This document shows positions 19,839-29,138 of a stretch of 64,000 bases of DNA, piece after piece. Source of the stretch: an uncultured Armatimonadetes bacterium (lineage in GTDB: Bacteria; Armatimonadota; Hebobacteria; Hebobacterales; Hebobacteraceae). The DNA lies in the NCBI GenBank assembly GCA_963716175.1, contig OY970296.1:3680001-3744000 (forward strand), in the 5' to 3' direction. Positions within the stretch are counted from its first letter, which is position 1. Each line of letters begins with the position of its first letter. A program made the translations under genes and the position numbers. The notes beneath the pieces are model-generated. The model did no database searches and had not been told where the DNA came from. It saw only the letters and a program-made list of their open reading frames with translations.

Positions 19839-20646
19839 ATGCCCGTCGCTCTGCGCATTGATGCCGAGCAGGCAGCGGCACGGATCAAGACCTTCGTCCA
19901 CGCCCGGGTCACCCGCGCCGGCGCGGCCGGCGGGGTGTTGGGGCTCTCCGGGGGCCTGGACTCGGCGACGGTCGCCTACCTCGCGGTCGGGGCCCTGGGC
20001 CCGGACCGCGTCTCGGCCTCTCCTCCTCCCCTATCGCACCAGCAGCGCGGCCAGTGCGGCCGACGCGCACCTGATCGCTGACATGCTTCAGTTACCGCTC
20101 ACTGTGCTCGATGTCACGCCGCAGATAGAGGACTACTTCCGCGAGATCAGACAGCACACTCCTCTGCGCATCGGCAACAAGGTCGCTCGCGAACGCATGA
20201 GCATTCTCTACGACCAGGCGAAGGCCCGCGGTGCTCTGGTGCTGGGCACAGGGAATCGCAGCGAGCGCTTGCTCGGATACACCACCCTCTGGGGAGACAT
20301 GGCCTGCGATCTCGCGCCATTGGGTGGTCTCTACAAGACCCAGGTGCGACAGCTCGCCGTCGCACTCGGCGTCCCGGCTCAGATCGTTGACAAGGTGCCC
20401 ACAGCCGACCTCTGGCCCGGCCAGACCGACGAGGCGGAGTTGGGCATCAGCTACCAGAGAGCGGACGAGCTACTGCATCTGCTGGTGGAGCGTCGCTTGA
20501 GAGAACATGATGTCGTAGCTCTCGGCTATCAGCAAGCAGAAGTCCGCCAGGTCCGCCGGCTGATGCGAGCAAGCACCCACAAGCGGCGCCTGCCGCCCTC
20601 TCCTCCTGCTGGAGTGCAAGTACTGCCAGGGGAAGCCGAGCGCTGA
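19839..20646 (+). CDS. nadE: NH3-dependent NAD+ synthetase; +1 frameshift near 20012
   Basis: GLSGGLDS in the first frame; [32 protein letters not shown] in the second. Confidence 0.92.
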
Positions 20647-20692
20647 ACGGGCGCAGCCTGGTGGTGTCAATCAGGCAGGACGCCGGCCAGGG

Positions 20693-23197
20693 TTACCGCG
20701 AGCTGTCGGTCTGGCCCCCCCGAGAGACGGAGCGCCTGTTGGTCGGCTTCGCGCCCTCGGCGTCCACTGGCGGGAGCTTGCGGGGACCTGGCCCACCGAC
20801 GGGGGCTTCCACCGCAGCCAGTGCCTGGCCGGGTGCGCTGGGCGAGGCTTCAGCGGCGGCAGGCGGGGGCTCGGGCCCTGCTTCCCGAGGGGCCGCGGTT
20901 TGGCTGAGCAGAGCGGCCTGGCGGCTGAGATTCTTATCGGAGTACATAGCGCGGTCGGCGAAGGCGATGAGGCCATCGGGGTCCTTGGCATCGCCGGGGA
21001 AAGTGGCTACCCCGAAGGAAGCGCTGAGGGCGAGGCCGCGGCCGCCGGCCTGCAACCCGGCCTCTCGCAGGCCGCGCTTGATGCGATTGGCGGTTTCCAC
21101 CGCCTTCTGGTTCGTCGTGTCGGGCAGGATGATGAAGAACTCGTCGCCAGCATAGCGGACCACCGTGTCATAGTCCCGGACGTACCGTTTGGAAACCTCG
21201 GCCATGGTGCGCAGCGCGCGATCCCCTTGCTGATGGCCGAAGTTATCGTTGATCTGCTTCAGGTTGTTCAGATCAATGGCGAGCAGGGACACGGGAGTCT
21301 TGTCTCGCCGGGCCCGACTCAGTTCCTGATCGAGATGCATGAAGAAGTAGCGAGCATTGGCGAGACCGGTGAGCTCATCGGTGAGCGCGGTTTGCCGGGT
21401 CTGCTCTTGCTGTCGAGCGTTGTTGATGGCGCTGCTGGCCTGGCCCGCGACGGCGACGATGAGGCGGGCGTCGTCCTCGGTGAAGGGCCGGTCGCTGGCT
21501 CGGTAGAGAGTGAGGGCCCCGATGGGCCGCGAACTCACAGCGGGCGCCTCCCCTTCCTCCCCGCCGGCCGCGGAGGGCGGGCCCTGGTCTGGGGAGAGGG
21601 AGGATTCCCCGAGCCCCTCCGCCGCGGCCTCGGCCTGAGCAGGCTCGGCCTCGTCATCGCAGCCAAGAGGTGCGGAGAGCACCTCGGTGAGGGCGCACTT
21701 GAGGGCGGTGGGCCCCAGCAGCAGCACGAGATCGTCGCCTGCGGCGGCGCCCAACCCGGAGGACACACCTTGCTGTGCCACCCGGCCGCTGACTCCACTG
21801 CCCATGGGCAGGCGCCGGCCCAGGATGAGATTGGAGTAAGGCCCGGAGGCGGCCATCGCCTGCAGGTTGCCATTCTCCGTGTGCCGGAGGAAGATGACGC
21901 AGGTGGCGAAGTCTATGATCGGCTTGGTCTTGGAGATGATGAGGTCGAGCGTCTCCTGGACATTGAGGGATTGGCCCATGGTCTGAACGATCTCGTAGAG
22001 CGCGAGCAGCTCCTGATGGGCTTGCCTGATGTCCATAAAGATGGCGCGCCGCCCTGGCGTGTCTTGGGCCGCCTGGGGGAGAGAGCTGGCATCGAAGATG
22101 AAGCCGAACCGGTTGCTGGCCTGCTGCGCGGCCAAGACGCGGAAGCAGGTGTTCAGAATATCTGCATCAAACTGCGTGCCGGAACGCTCGCGAAGGAAGG
22201 TGACCGCGTCCTGAACGGTCATGGCCGGACGGTAAGGACGATGGGAGAGCAGGGCATCGTACACGTCCGCCACTGTCAGGATGCGAGCGGCAAGCGGGAT
22301 CTGGTCCCCGGCGAGGCCATCCGGATAGCCTGTGCCGTCGTACCATTCATGGTGGCTGCGGATGATGGGGATCACCGGCCAGGGGAACTGGACTGGCTCC
22401 AGGATGGCTGCGCCCACCAGGGTGTGAGTCTCGACCTTCTTCATCTCCTCGGGGGTGAGGTGACCGGGCTTGGAGAGGATGTAATCCGGGACCGCGAGCT
22501 TGCCGATATCGTGGAGCATGGCCGCCGTCTCCAGCGCCTGCAGCTCATCGTCGGAAAACCCGAGATCCTCCCCCATCAAGCGCGCGATCTGGCGGACGCG
22601 TTCGGTATGCCCGTGCGTGTGCTGATCCTTGGCATCTATCGCCATGGCAAAGGAGGCGATCACCGCGGAGTTGATCCGGGCCAGCTCGTGCGCCCGTTGC
22701 CAGTCCTGAGTGAGGGCGATGACGCCTCGGCGAGCGCGGTACTGGCAGAAGGCGAGCGCCAATAGCACCACCAGGGCAAAACCAAGCAGCAGCCCCGCGG
22801 GGAGATTGAGGGATGACTTCGAGCCCAGCAGAAGCAGAGCAGCTCCGCCGGCGGAGGCACCAGCGGCCGCCAGCACGAGGGAGAGTGCGGTCAAGAAGAC
22901 AGGAGAAGCGGCTTCACCGGGGCGCTCCACTCGGTGATCGGTCCGGTGCGCGGCGGAGGGATCGGCTTGAGTCGGCCCAGGCCCGGAGCGTGGGCCAGCC
23001 AAGCCGGTCTTATCGTCGCGGCCGCTGAGCTGCTGCAGCTTTTCACTCATCTGCCGACTCCGCTCGTGCCCGGGCGCGGGCCCAGCCCGCGCTTCCTCAC
23101 CCCCATCTGGCGGCACGTACGAGGTTCGCTCGTTCTCGCCCGCGGGGGTTTGGTGGCCTCCCGGCAGATTCTTGCTTGCTCGGCGCTCCCTCGCCAT
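20693..23197 (-). CDS. membrane-anchored HD-GYP + GAF + GGDEF c-di-GMP turnover protein
   Basis: Two TM helices; HDIGK...HHEWYDGTGYPDGL; GAF; TDELTGLAN, NDNFGHQQGD, RYAGDEF. Start codon uncertain (23197 or 23050). Confidence 0.9.
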   Translation of the reverse strand: MARERRASKNLPGGHQTPAGENERTSYVPPDGGEEARAGPAPGHERSRQMSEKLQQLSGRDDKTGLAGPRSGPGPTQADPSAAHRTDHRVERPGEAASPVFLTALSLVLAAAGASAGGAALLLLGSKSSLNLPAGLLLGFALVVLLALAFCQYRARRGVIALTQDWQRAHELARINSAVIASFAMAIDAKDQHTHGHTERVRQIARLMGEDLGFSDDELQALETAAMLHDIGKLAVPDYILSKPGHLTPEEMKKVETHTLVGAAILEPVQFPWPVIPIIRSHHEWYDGTGYPDGLAGDQIPLAARILTVADVYDALLSHRPYRPAMTVQDAVTFLRERSGTQFDADILNTCFRVLAAQQASNRFGFIFDASSLPQAAQDTPGRRAIFMDIRQAHQELLALYEIVQTMGQSLNVQETLDLIISKTKPIIDFATCVIFLRHTENGNLQAMAASGPYSNLILGRRLPMGSGVSGRVAQQGVSSGLGAAAGDDLVLLLGPTALKCALTEVLSAPLGCDDEAEPAQAEAAAEGLGESSLSPDQGPPSAAGGEEGEAPAVSSRPIGALTLYRASDRPFTEDDARLIVAVAGQASSAINNARQQEQTRQTALTDELTGLANARYFFMHLDQELSRARRDKTPVSLLAIDLNNLKQINDNFGHQQGDRALRTMAEVSKRYVRDYDTVVRYAGDEFFIILPDTTNQKAVETANRIKRGLREAGLQAGGRGLALSASFGVATFPGDAKDPDGLIAFADRAMYSDKNLSRQAALLSQTAAPREAGPEPPPAAAEASPSAPGQALAAVEAPVGGPGPRKLPPVDAEGAKPTNRRSVSRGGQTDSSR

Positions 23198-23216
23198 GGC
23201 TTCGGAGCGTCGGCAA

Positions 23217-23310
23217 CTTTCTTCGGCGGCCTGGCAGTCAAGGCCCTAGTGGGCCATAGACCCATGGCTTTGCGTCCGCGTCTTTCGGCGCGTTTGCCTT
23301 TTCGGAAAGC
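23217..23310 (-). ncRNA. c-di-GMP-I (GEMM) riboswitch
   Basis: Minus strand reads ...aaaaGGCAAACgcgccGAAAgacgcGGACGCAAAGCCatgGGTCTAtggcc...ggccTTGACtGCcaggccgCCGAAG, matching the GEMM consensus. The G20-equivalent is G. Confidence 0.9.
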
Positions 23311-23554
23311 ATCCAGCAGGAATCGGGCGCTGCTGTCGTCCTCCGCTTTTGGGTCACTACCTATGATCATTGTTCCACAGTGCGTCGGCCCAGATGAGAT
23401 GGAGACCAGCGGGATCGGTGCTGCGCCTCGCAGATGCCACAAGACGTGTCCCCAGGGGGACGTGTGACGAGCCCAGACGCAAGCAGCGTCTTGCGCTTGC
23501 GCCGCCTCGAGCCGGGCCGAGACTGACTCGTGAAGCCACTCACGAGACGGCACA

Positions 23555-24469
23555 TCAGTCCCGACGCCGATCCATCACAAACTGGTTGCCCTCCAGCGCC
23601 TTGGCATAGCCCTTGACCTCGGCCGCAATCTCCGTGAGGTGAAGGTAGCCGGAGATCCGCCTCAGGGCGCTGTTCACCCCACCGATGGAGACCGTCATGA
23701 GCGGGTAACGGGTAGGCTCACCGCGCCGGCTGGGGGCCTCGATGTAGCCTCGCGCCGCATCCTCTTCCGAATACAGCGTGGGCACCTGGGCGGCCAATCC
23801 CGAGATGATGCGGCGGGCCAGCTGGGCGTGGTCGGAGGCGGTGGTGACAAGGGCGAAGTCGTCACCTCCGATGTGGACGCACAGATCGCTCGGCGTCCCA
23901 AACTCCTTCGCCGCCGCCACGACTTCCCGACCCAGCAGGCGGATGGCGATATCGCCTCGCCCGAAACCATAGACATCGTTGTAGGGCTTGAAGTTGTCCA
24001 GGTCGAGGTAGAAGAAAACGAAGCGCTCGCCGGCAGCAAGCCTCCGCTCCACCTCCTGGCGGAGCACTGGGCTGCCGGGCAAGCCAGTCAGAGCGCTGAC
24101 GGGCGTGCGGGCCTGGGCGAAGAGAACGGCCTGCATGAGATGTCGCAGCAGCGCCTCCGGGCCCAGGCTCTTGGCGCCTTGCGGCAAGGTCACCCGCACC
24201 TGGCCGGGATCGCTGCTCGGCTCCTCCCCGGCCGGGGTGATCAGGAAGATGGACTGGGCCACCCCCAGCCGCCGTAGCTGGTCCGCCAGCGCCTTGGCGG
24301 TGTCAGTCTCCCCCGTGACGGCCACCAACTCCGGCCGCGCGCGGGCCAGCCGCTCGGCCAGCTCCGCGGTGCCCGTGCTCCACAGAGTCTCGCCTCGCAG
24401 TTCAATATTGAAGTGAGTGAGCTGCGCCTTCCCCGACTCCACGATCAAGACCGCAAACGTTTCGGCCAT
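23555..24469 (-). CDS. GGDEF-domain protein (GGDDF)
   Basis: SALTGLPG, DLDNFKPYNDVYGFGRGD, HIGGDDF, PLMTVSIG. Confidence 0.9.
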   Translation of the reverse strand: MAETFAVLIVESGKAQLTHFNIELRGETLWSTGTAELAERLARARPELVAVTGETDTAKALADQLRRLGVAQSIFLITPAGEEPSSDPGQVRVTLPQGAKSLGPEALLRHLMQAVLFAQARTPVSALTGLPGSPVLRQEVERRLAAGERFVFFYLDLDNFKPYNDVYGFGRGDIAIRLLGREVVAAAKEFGTPSDLCVHIGGDDFALVTTASDHAQLARRIISGLAAQVPTLYSEEDAARGYIEAPSRRGEPTRYPLMTVSIGGVNSALRRISGYLHLTEIAAEVKGYAKALEGNQFVMDRRRD

Positions 24470-24650
24470 CGGGCCACCGCCTTTGTGCGTTATTCCACGA
24501 ACAGAGGCCAAGCCCGCCGGCCTTCCGGGACCAGCCGGCGCTCCGGTCGCCCTCTCCTGTCACGGCATCCGCGCAAGAACCACCGGCCTTTGATCGTGGA
24601 CCCTGGCCCAATCGTGGAACGAGACTCTCTAGAGTACGGTGGAGGCTAAA

Positions 24651-24695
24651 TCCGCTTCGTCCTGGTGAGGCACGGCCGGGAGAGGCGGTTTTTTG
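24651..24695 (+). terminator. intrinsic terminator-like hairpin with U-tract
   Basis: ccgcttc-gtcctgg...ccggga-gaggcgg followed by tttttt; there is no + strand CDS upstream. Confidence 0.55.
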
Positions 24696-24742
24696 TGACG
24701 CTTGGCTCCAAAGGAAAGGCCGGAGCCGTTGTGCCATAGCAA

Positions 24743-24869
24743 GCCTGGTCAAGGCCTCACTGGCGCTTGCGGCGAGGATGGCAGAGGCATCTCACAGTTC
24801 AGGGATCTGTGGGCCGAAGGCCTGCTCACTGCTGTCATCCTCGCCCTCACCCAACGAGGCCCGCTAGGC
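24743..24869 (+). ncRNA. candidate structured RNA (long bulged hairpin), unidentified
   Basis: GCCTGG/CTAGGC, GGCCTC/GAGGCC, 14-bp GGCGAGGATGGCAG/CTGTCATCCTCGCC, CTCACAG/CTGTGGG; the non-WC pairs are G-U on the + strand. Confidence 0.45.
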
Positions 24870-25048
24870 GGCTCTCAGGCCGCACTGATTCTGCCCTCTC
24901 GAGGTCCGGCGCCTCTTGTAGGTCGGGCAGGTTAGGCTTCACTCCGAGCGCAGCCCGGACGCCTGCCCGCCGCTGGCAAGCGCAGGCACGCTCGGCCTAC
25001 GGAAGCCACACCCAGCCAGGCTCCTCTTCCCGCAGCGCCCTCGTTTTC

Positions 25049-25057
25049 TGCTATACT
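25049..25057 (+). promoter_or_regulatory. extended -10 promoter for rplY
   Basis: TG-c-TATACT about 65 nt upstream of the ATG. Confidence 0.5.
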
Positions 25058-25120
25058 TGGCTGCCAGCGGTGGCATGGAATGGTCTTCGCCGCGGCCGCG
25101 GCGGGCGAAAGGGGTTCCGC

Positions 25121-25801
25121 ATGAGAGCTCACCAAGTCGAGATACCAGTGAACCTGCGTTCCGCGGTCGGCAAGAGCGCCGCCCGGCGGCTGCGGGCAGC
25201 GGGCCAGATCCCCGCGGTGATCTACGGTCGCGGCATTGGAAGCCAGCCGGTGTCAGTGGATGCCGCCACCTTCAGCCGGGCCGTGCCCGAAGGCGCCTGG
25301 TTCTCTACTCTGCTTCAGCTTCGCGTGGAGGGAGAAGAGGACGCGGCTGCCAGGCCCTCGGTGATGATCGCCGAGGTGCAGCAGGACCCGGTGCGGCAGC
25401 GGCTCCTGAGCATAGATTTCCACCGGATTTCGCTGCGGGAGAAGGTGCACACCCATGTGCCCGTCATCCACGTGAAGCAGAGTCCGGGGGTGAGGCGGGG
25501 AGGCATTCTGGAGCACATCAGCCACGAGGTGACAGTGGAGTGCTTGCCGGCTGAGATCCCGGATCACCTGGAGGCCGATATCTCCGGGCTGGAGATCGGA
25601 GACGCCATCCGGGTCAAGGACCTGGAGCTCCCACCCGGGGTCCGCATCCTGTCCCCGTCGGATGACATCGTGTTCCTGGTGGCTCCACCGGTGCGGATCG
25701 AGGAGGTGGCGGCGCCGGCGGCGGAAGAGGGCGCGGTGGTGCCCGAGAAGGCCGAGCCAGAAGTGATCCGCGAGCGGGAGTCTCGGGAGTCAGAAGGGTA
25801 G
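25121..25801 (+). CDS. rplY: 50S ribosomal protein L25/Ctc (long form)
   Basis: GKSAARRLRAAGQIPAVIYG, QQDPV, IDF, GVRRGG, IPDHLEADISGLEIGD. Confidence 0.95.
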   Translation: MRAHQVEIPVNLRSAVGKSAARRLRAAGQIPAVIYGRGIGSQPVSVDAATFSRAVPEGAWFSTLLQLRVEGEEDAAARPSVMIAEVQQDPVRQRLLSIDFHRISLREKVHTHVPVIHVKQSPGVRRGGILEHISHEVTVECLPAEIPDHLEADISGLEIGDAIRVKDLELPPGVRILSPSDDIVFLVAPPVRIEEVAAPAAEEGAVVPEKAEPEVIRERESRESEG

Positions 25802-25871
25802 GGGGCAGCCCTTCGCGGCTCAGAGCAAAGGATACCAGCCGGCCCGCGTGGCGGTCGGCGGAGAGGGCCGC

Positions 25872-26000
25872 CTAGCCCAGGCCGGGCCGCTCTTGCTGTT
25901 CCTTCTCACGCTTCTCTTTGCGCCGGTCCTTGATGCTCTTCTTGGGCTTCTTCTTCTCTTTCTTTAGGTGCCTCTTGTCGCCACCCCTGAAGCTGCCCAT
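25872..26000 (-). CDS. small Lys/Arg-rich protein (42 aa)
   Basis: GGAGGT RBS, then ATG: MGSFRGGDKRHLKKEKKKPKKSIKDRRKEKREKEQQERPGLG*. Too short for the ORF track. Confidence 0.65.
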   Translation of the reverse strand: MGSFRGGDKRHLKKEKKKPKKSIKDRRKEKREKEQQERPGLG

Positions 26001-26030
26001 CTGGCCGCACCTCCAAGCGGTAGGATACCA

Positions 26031-26996
26031 CTACTTCTTGTCATCTTGCCAATAGTGGCCGAACAGAGTTGACACCGAGACCTGTTCATGCACCCTGCGG
26101 ATCGCCTCCGCCAGGACGGGTGCGATGGACAGCACGCGGATCTTGGGGCGCCGCTTGCTCTCCGGCAGAGGAATAGTGTCGGTGACCACCACCTCCTTGA
26201 GCGGCGAAGCCTGCAGGCGATCGGCTGCATCTCCGGAGAAGACGGCGTGAGTGGCGTAGGCATAGATCTCCGAGGCCCCCCGCTCGGCCACTGCTTCCGC
26301 GGCGGAGACGATGGAGCCGCCGGTGTCGATCATATCGTCCACCAGCACCGCCCGCTTCCCGGTCAGCTCGCCGATCAGCTGGAGAATCTCGACCCGGTTG
26401 ATGTCCGGCCGGCGCTTGGCGATAATGGCCAGGGAAGCGTTCACCCGGTCGGCCAGCGCCGTCGCGGTGGCCACTCCTCCCACGTCCGGCGAGACCACGA
26501 CCGTGTCCGGCCCGGCCAGCGAGCGGCGCATGAGATCTTCCGCCAGAATCGGGCCTGCGGGAAGATGATCCACCGGGATATCGAAGAACCCCTGGATGGC
26601 CTGGGCGTGCAGGTCCACGGTCAGGATGCGGTCGGCGCCGGCCACCGAGATCAGATCGGCCACCAGCTTGCCCGTGATGGGCTCCCGGGGCTTGATCTTC
26701 TTCTCCTGGCGCGCATACCCGTAGTAGGGGATCACCGCCGTCGTCCGGCGCGCCGAGGCCCGTTTCAGTGCGTCCAGGATGATCAGCAGCTCCATCACGT
26801 TCTCGGAGCTGGGAGGGCAGGTGGGCTGGATCACGAAGACGTCCGCACCCCGTACGCTCTCCTCGATCCTCACCCAGATCTCGCCGTCCTCGAAGCGCCC
26901 CACCTCCATCTTCGAGGGAGCCAGGCCCAGGTGAGCGATGATGGCCTGGGCCAGGCCAGGGTTAGCATTCCCGCTCAGGATGCGCAGCTCGTCCAT
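26031..26996 (-). CDS. prs: ribose-phosphate pyrophosphokinase
   Basis: FEDGE, PYYGYARQ, DLHAQAIQGFF, VSPDVGG, VDDMIDTGGS. Confidence 0.96.
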   Translation of the reverse strand: MDELRILSGNANPGLAQAIIAHLGLAPSKMEVGRFEDGEIWVRIEESVRGADVFVIQPTCPPSSENVMELLIILDALKRASARRTTAVIPYYGYARQEKKIKPREPITGKLVADLISVAGADRILTVDLHAQAIQGFFDIPVDHLPAGPILAEDLMRRSLAGPDTVVVSPDVGGVATATALADRVNASLAIIAKRRPDINRVEILQLIGELTGKRAVLVDDMIDTGGSIVSAAEAVAERGASEIYAYATHAVFSGDAADRLQASPLKEVVVTDTIPLPESKRRPKIRVLSIAPVLAEAIRRVHEQVSVSTLFGHYWQDDKK

Positions 26997-27119
26997 ATGC
27001 TCCCCAACACGGCCCGCAACCATGCGGGCCGTCCACCTCGCCTCCCGAAGCTCGAGAGCCCGCCGGCCCGCCCAGTCCGCAGGGCCCCTGGGGCCTCTGG
27101 GAGCGACCCGGGCGCAGCC

Positions 27120-27923
27120 CTAGCTGAAGTAATCGTGCGCTGCCGATATGTCCTGGGCGCGCGCGAGGTCTTCCGCCGTATCCACGCCCATCCCCGCCTC
27201 CCACGCCTCGACGGCCACGGCTTCCACTCGTTCTCCCCGCGCCACCAGCAGGCCAATCACATCCGTCAGGTAGTACTGCCCCTGGGCATTATCGTTCTTC
27301 ACCTGGGCCAGCATTTCAAACAGCAGCGGGGCCTCGAAGCAGTAGACCCCGACGTTGATCTCCCGGATCTGCAGTTGCTCCGGGCCGGCATCGCGCGCCT
27401 CCACGATGCCCGCCACCCAGCCCTCCGGGCTCCGCAGGATCCGGCCCAGGGTGCCTGGATCCTGGAAATGCGCGGTGAGCAAAGTGGTGGCGGCCCCGGT
27501 TGCCATGTGGCGCTCCACCAGCCGAGCCACGTCGTGTTCCCGGAGCAGTGGGAGATCGGCATAAGCGACGATCACCGGGCCGGTGTAACCCGCCAGGGCA
27601 GCGGCCGCGCAGCCCACAGCATGGCCGGTGCCCAGTTGCTCCTCCTGCACTACGTACTCGACATCGTTGCCGATGGCCGCCTGCACATCGCTGGCGCGAT
27701 GGCCTACCACCGCGATCACGCGGGAAGCCCCTGCCTTGCGCACAGCCGCGATCACCCGCGCCGCCATCGCTCGGCCGTTCACGGGGACGGCCGCCTTTGG
27801 CTGAATGGTCTTCATGCGGGTGCCCTTGCCAGCGGCCAGGATTACTGCGGGGATATTCCGCGGACGGAGCGCCCTGGGCCGGCGCTCCTTGGATGCTCTT
27901 GCTCTGACTTGTCCTGTGCTCAC
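27120..27923 (-). CDS. GlmU-like sugar-phosphate nucleotidyltransferase, N-terminal domain only
   Basis: LAAGKGTRMK, QEEQLGTGHA, EINVG, NAQGQYYLTD; ends before any hexapeptide acetyltransferase domain; lies upstream of prs. Confidence 0.85.
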   Translation of the reverse strand: MSTGQVRARASKERRPRALRPRNIPAVILAAGKGTRMKTIQPKAAVPVNGRAMAARVIAAVRKAGASRVIAVVGHRASDVQAAIGNDVEYVVQEEQLGTGHAVGCAAAALAGYTGPVIVAYADLPLLREHDVARLVERHMATGAATTLLTAHFQDPGTLGRILRSPEGWVAGIVEARDAGPEQLQIREINVGVYCFEAPLLFEMLAQVKNDNAQGQYYLTDVIGLLVARGERVEAVAVEAWEAGMGVDTAEDLARAQDISAAHDYFS

Positions 27924-28194
27924 CCAAGAACCTTTCTGTTTGCGAGGCGCGCCCGACGGCGATCCTGATTCACAGAGCCGCCTGGCACTCCCCCTGACTG
28001 TAGCTGCGGCGACAATCTTCCCTGGGCACCGCGCCTCAGGTCGCCCCTCCCTGGCTGCGACTGCGATGCCCAGCCCTCCCGTGCCCTGCTCCTAGTCCGT
28101 TCGCTGCCTCTCCCTCCGCGCGTTGATCTGACCGCGGCCTGACCTCTCAGCGACCCTGGCGTCCATTGCCCTGGCCCTGCATCCTCCGTCGTCC

Positions 28195-28269
28195 TGGCTG
28201 CCGGGCCAGGACTCGAACCTGGAAGGGCGGCTCCAAAGGCCGCTGTGTTGCCAATTACACCACCCGGCA
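28195..28269 (-). tRNA. tRNA-Gln (UUG)
   Basis: tgccggg...gcggc-ctTTGga-gccgc...ggttcgagtcc...cccggcaG-CCA cloverleaf with encoded CCA. Confidence 0.95.
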
Positions 28270-28315
28270 GGACTGCCCCGGCCGCCTGGCACCGCGAGGC
28301 GAGCTGTCGGCCCTG

Positions 28316-28345
28316 ATTCTAACAAGCTACGCGGCGGCGCGTCAA
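28316..28345 (-). promoter_or_regulatory. sigma70-type promoter for tRNA-Gln-glmU-prs
   Basis: TTGACG-N18-TAGAAT. Confidence 0.6.
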
Positions 28346-28416
28346 TGCGCTTCCGGCATGCCTTGGCCGGCATGCCCTACCTCGTCCAGGCCGTTCGCGC
28401 CACGACGCCGCCTGGC

Positions 28417-28977
28417 TCACGGCTGCAGCTCTACCATCTGCGCCCTGACTTTCACAACTCGCCATCCGTCCAGCAGAGGCCCGAAGGCCTCAGCGGAGAG
28501 CGCGCCAGAGGCCTGGCTGACAAAGCGATTGCCGTGGGCCAGCTCTCGCAGCATGGCGCGCAGTCTCACCAACGCCGGGTTGCTCGCGGCGTCGCTGGGC
28601 CCTCTGCGCCCGCCGGTGTTCTGGTTCGACGAGAACTGAGGCCTGAACGTGCGCTGATGCAACACCTCCAGGACGTACCCCTCGAGCTCGCCCTTGGTCT
28701 TCCCGACTAGCTTCCCGGTAGCGATCTCGCGAATTGAGTACACCAGTCCCTCGGTAGCCTCCCCGACTCCCGCCAGCCGCGCGTCATAGCGACCGATCCG
28801 GTTGGGCTCGCCGCTGCGCAGCAGCACCGCGTCGCCTACCGTGACCACCGGTGGGGCTTGTGCCCGCTTGGTCTTCCGGCCAGCTCGCACCTTGGGCCGC
28901 GGCCGTGCCGCGGTGCGCCGAGGCGGCTTCCGTCGCCCTCCATCGGCGCCCTTGCGGGCGCGCTTCTGTGTCGCCAC
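28417..28977 (-). CDS. hypothetical protein with basic N-terminal tail
   Basis: GGGAG RBS before the GTG; Arg/Lys-rich start followed by a globular-looking region. Confidence 0.55.
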   Translation of the reverse strand: MATQKRARKGADGGRRKPPRRTAARPRPKVRAGRKTKRAQAPPVVTVGDAVLLRSGEPNRIGRYDARLAGVGEATEGLVYSIREIATGKLVGKTKGELEGYVLEVLHQRTFRPQFSSNQNTGGRRGPSDAASNPALVRLRAMLRELAHGNRFVSQASGALSAEAFGPLLDGWRVVKVRAQMVELQP

Positions 28978-29138
28978 CCTTGCTCCCGTGCCGTTCCGAG
29001 ATGCGCCTGCCAGCCGCCCACCGGGCCTTCGTCCGGCGCTGGCCTGTGGCGCTGCCGCCAATGCGGCTCAGCCTGCTACGGACACTCGGCCCCTCGCGGC
29101 GTGAAGCCGCTAGTCCGCGGCGAGCCGGTTGCTTGCTC

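Noticed and set aside
23217-23310. c-AMP-GMP (GEMM-Ib) variant riboswitch
   Set aside because: The position-20 equivalent is G, and the adjacent GGDEF domains lack the Hypr Asp-to-Ser change.
28978-29138. ANTAR twin-hairpin target downstream of the regulator (also checked 30644-30804)
   Set aside because: Only isolated ANNGNN-like loops with weak stems; no paired hairpins or terminator.
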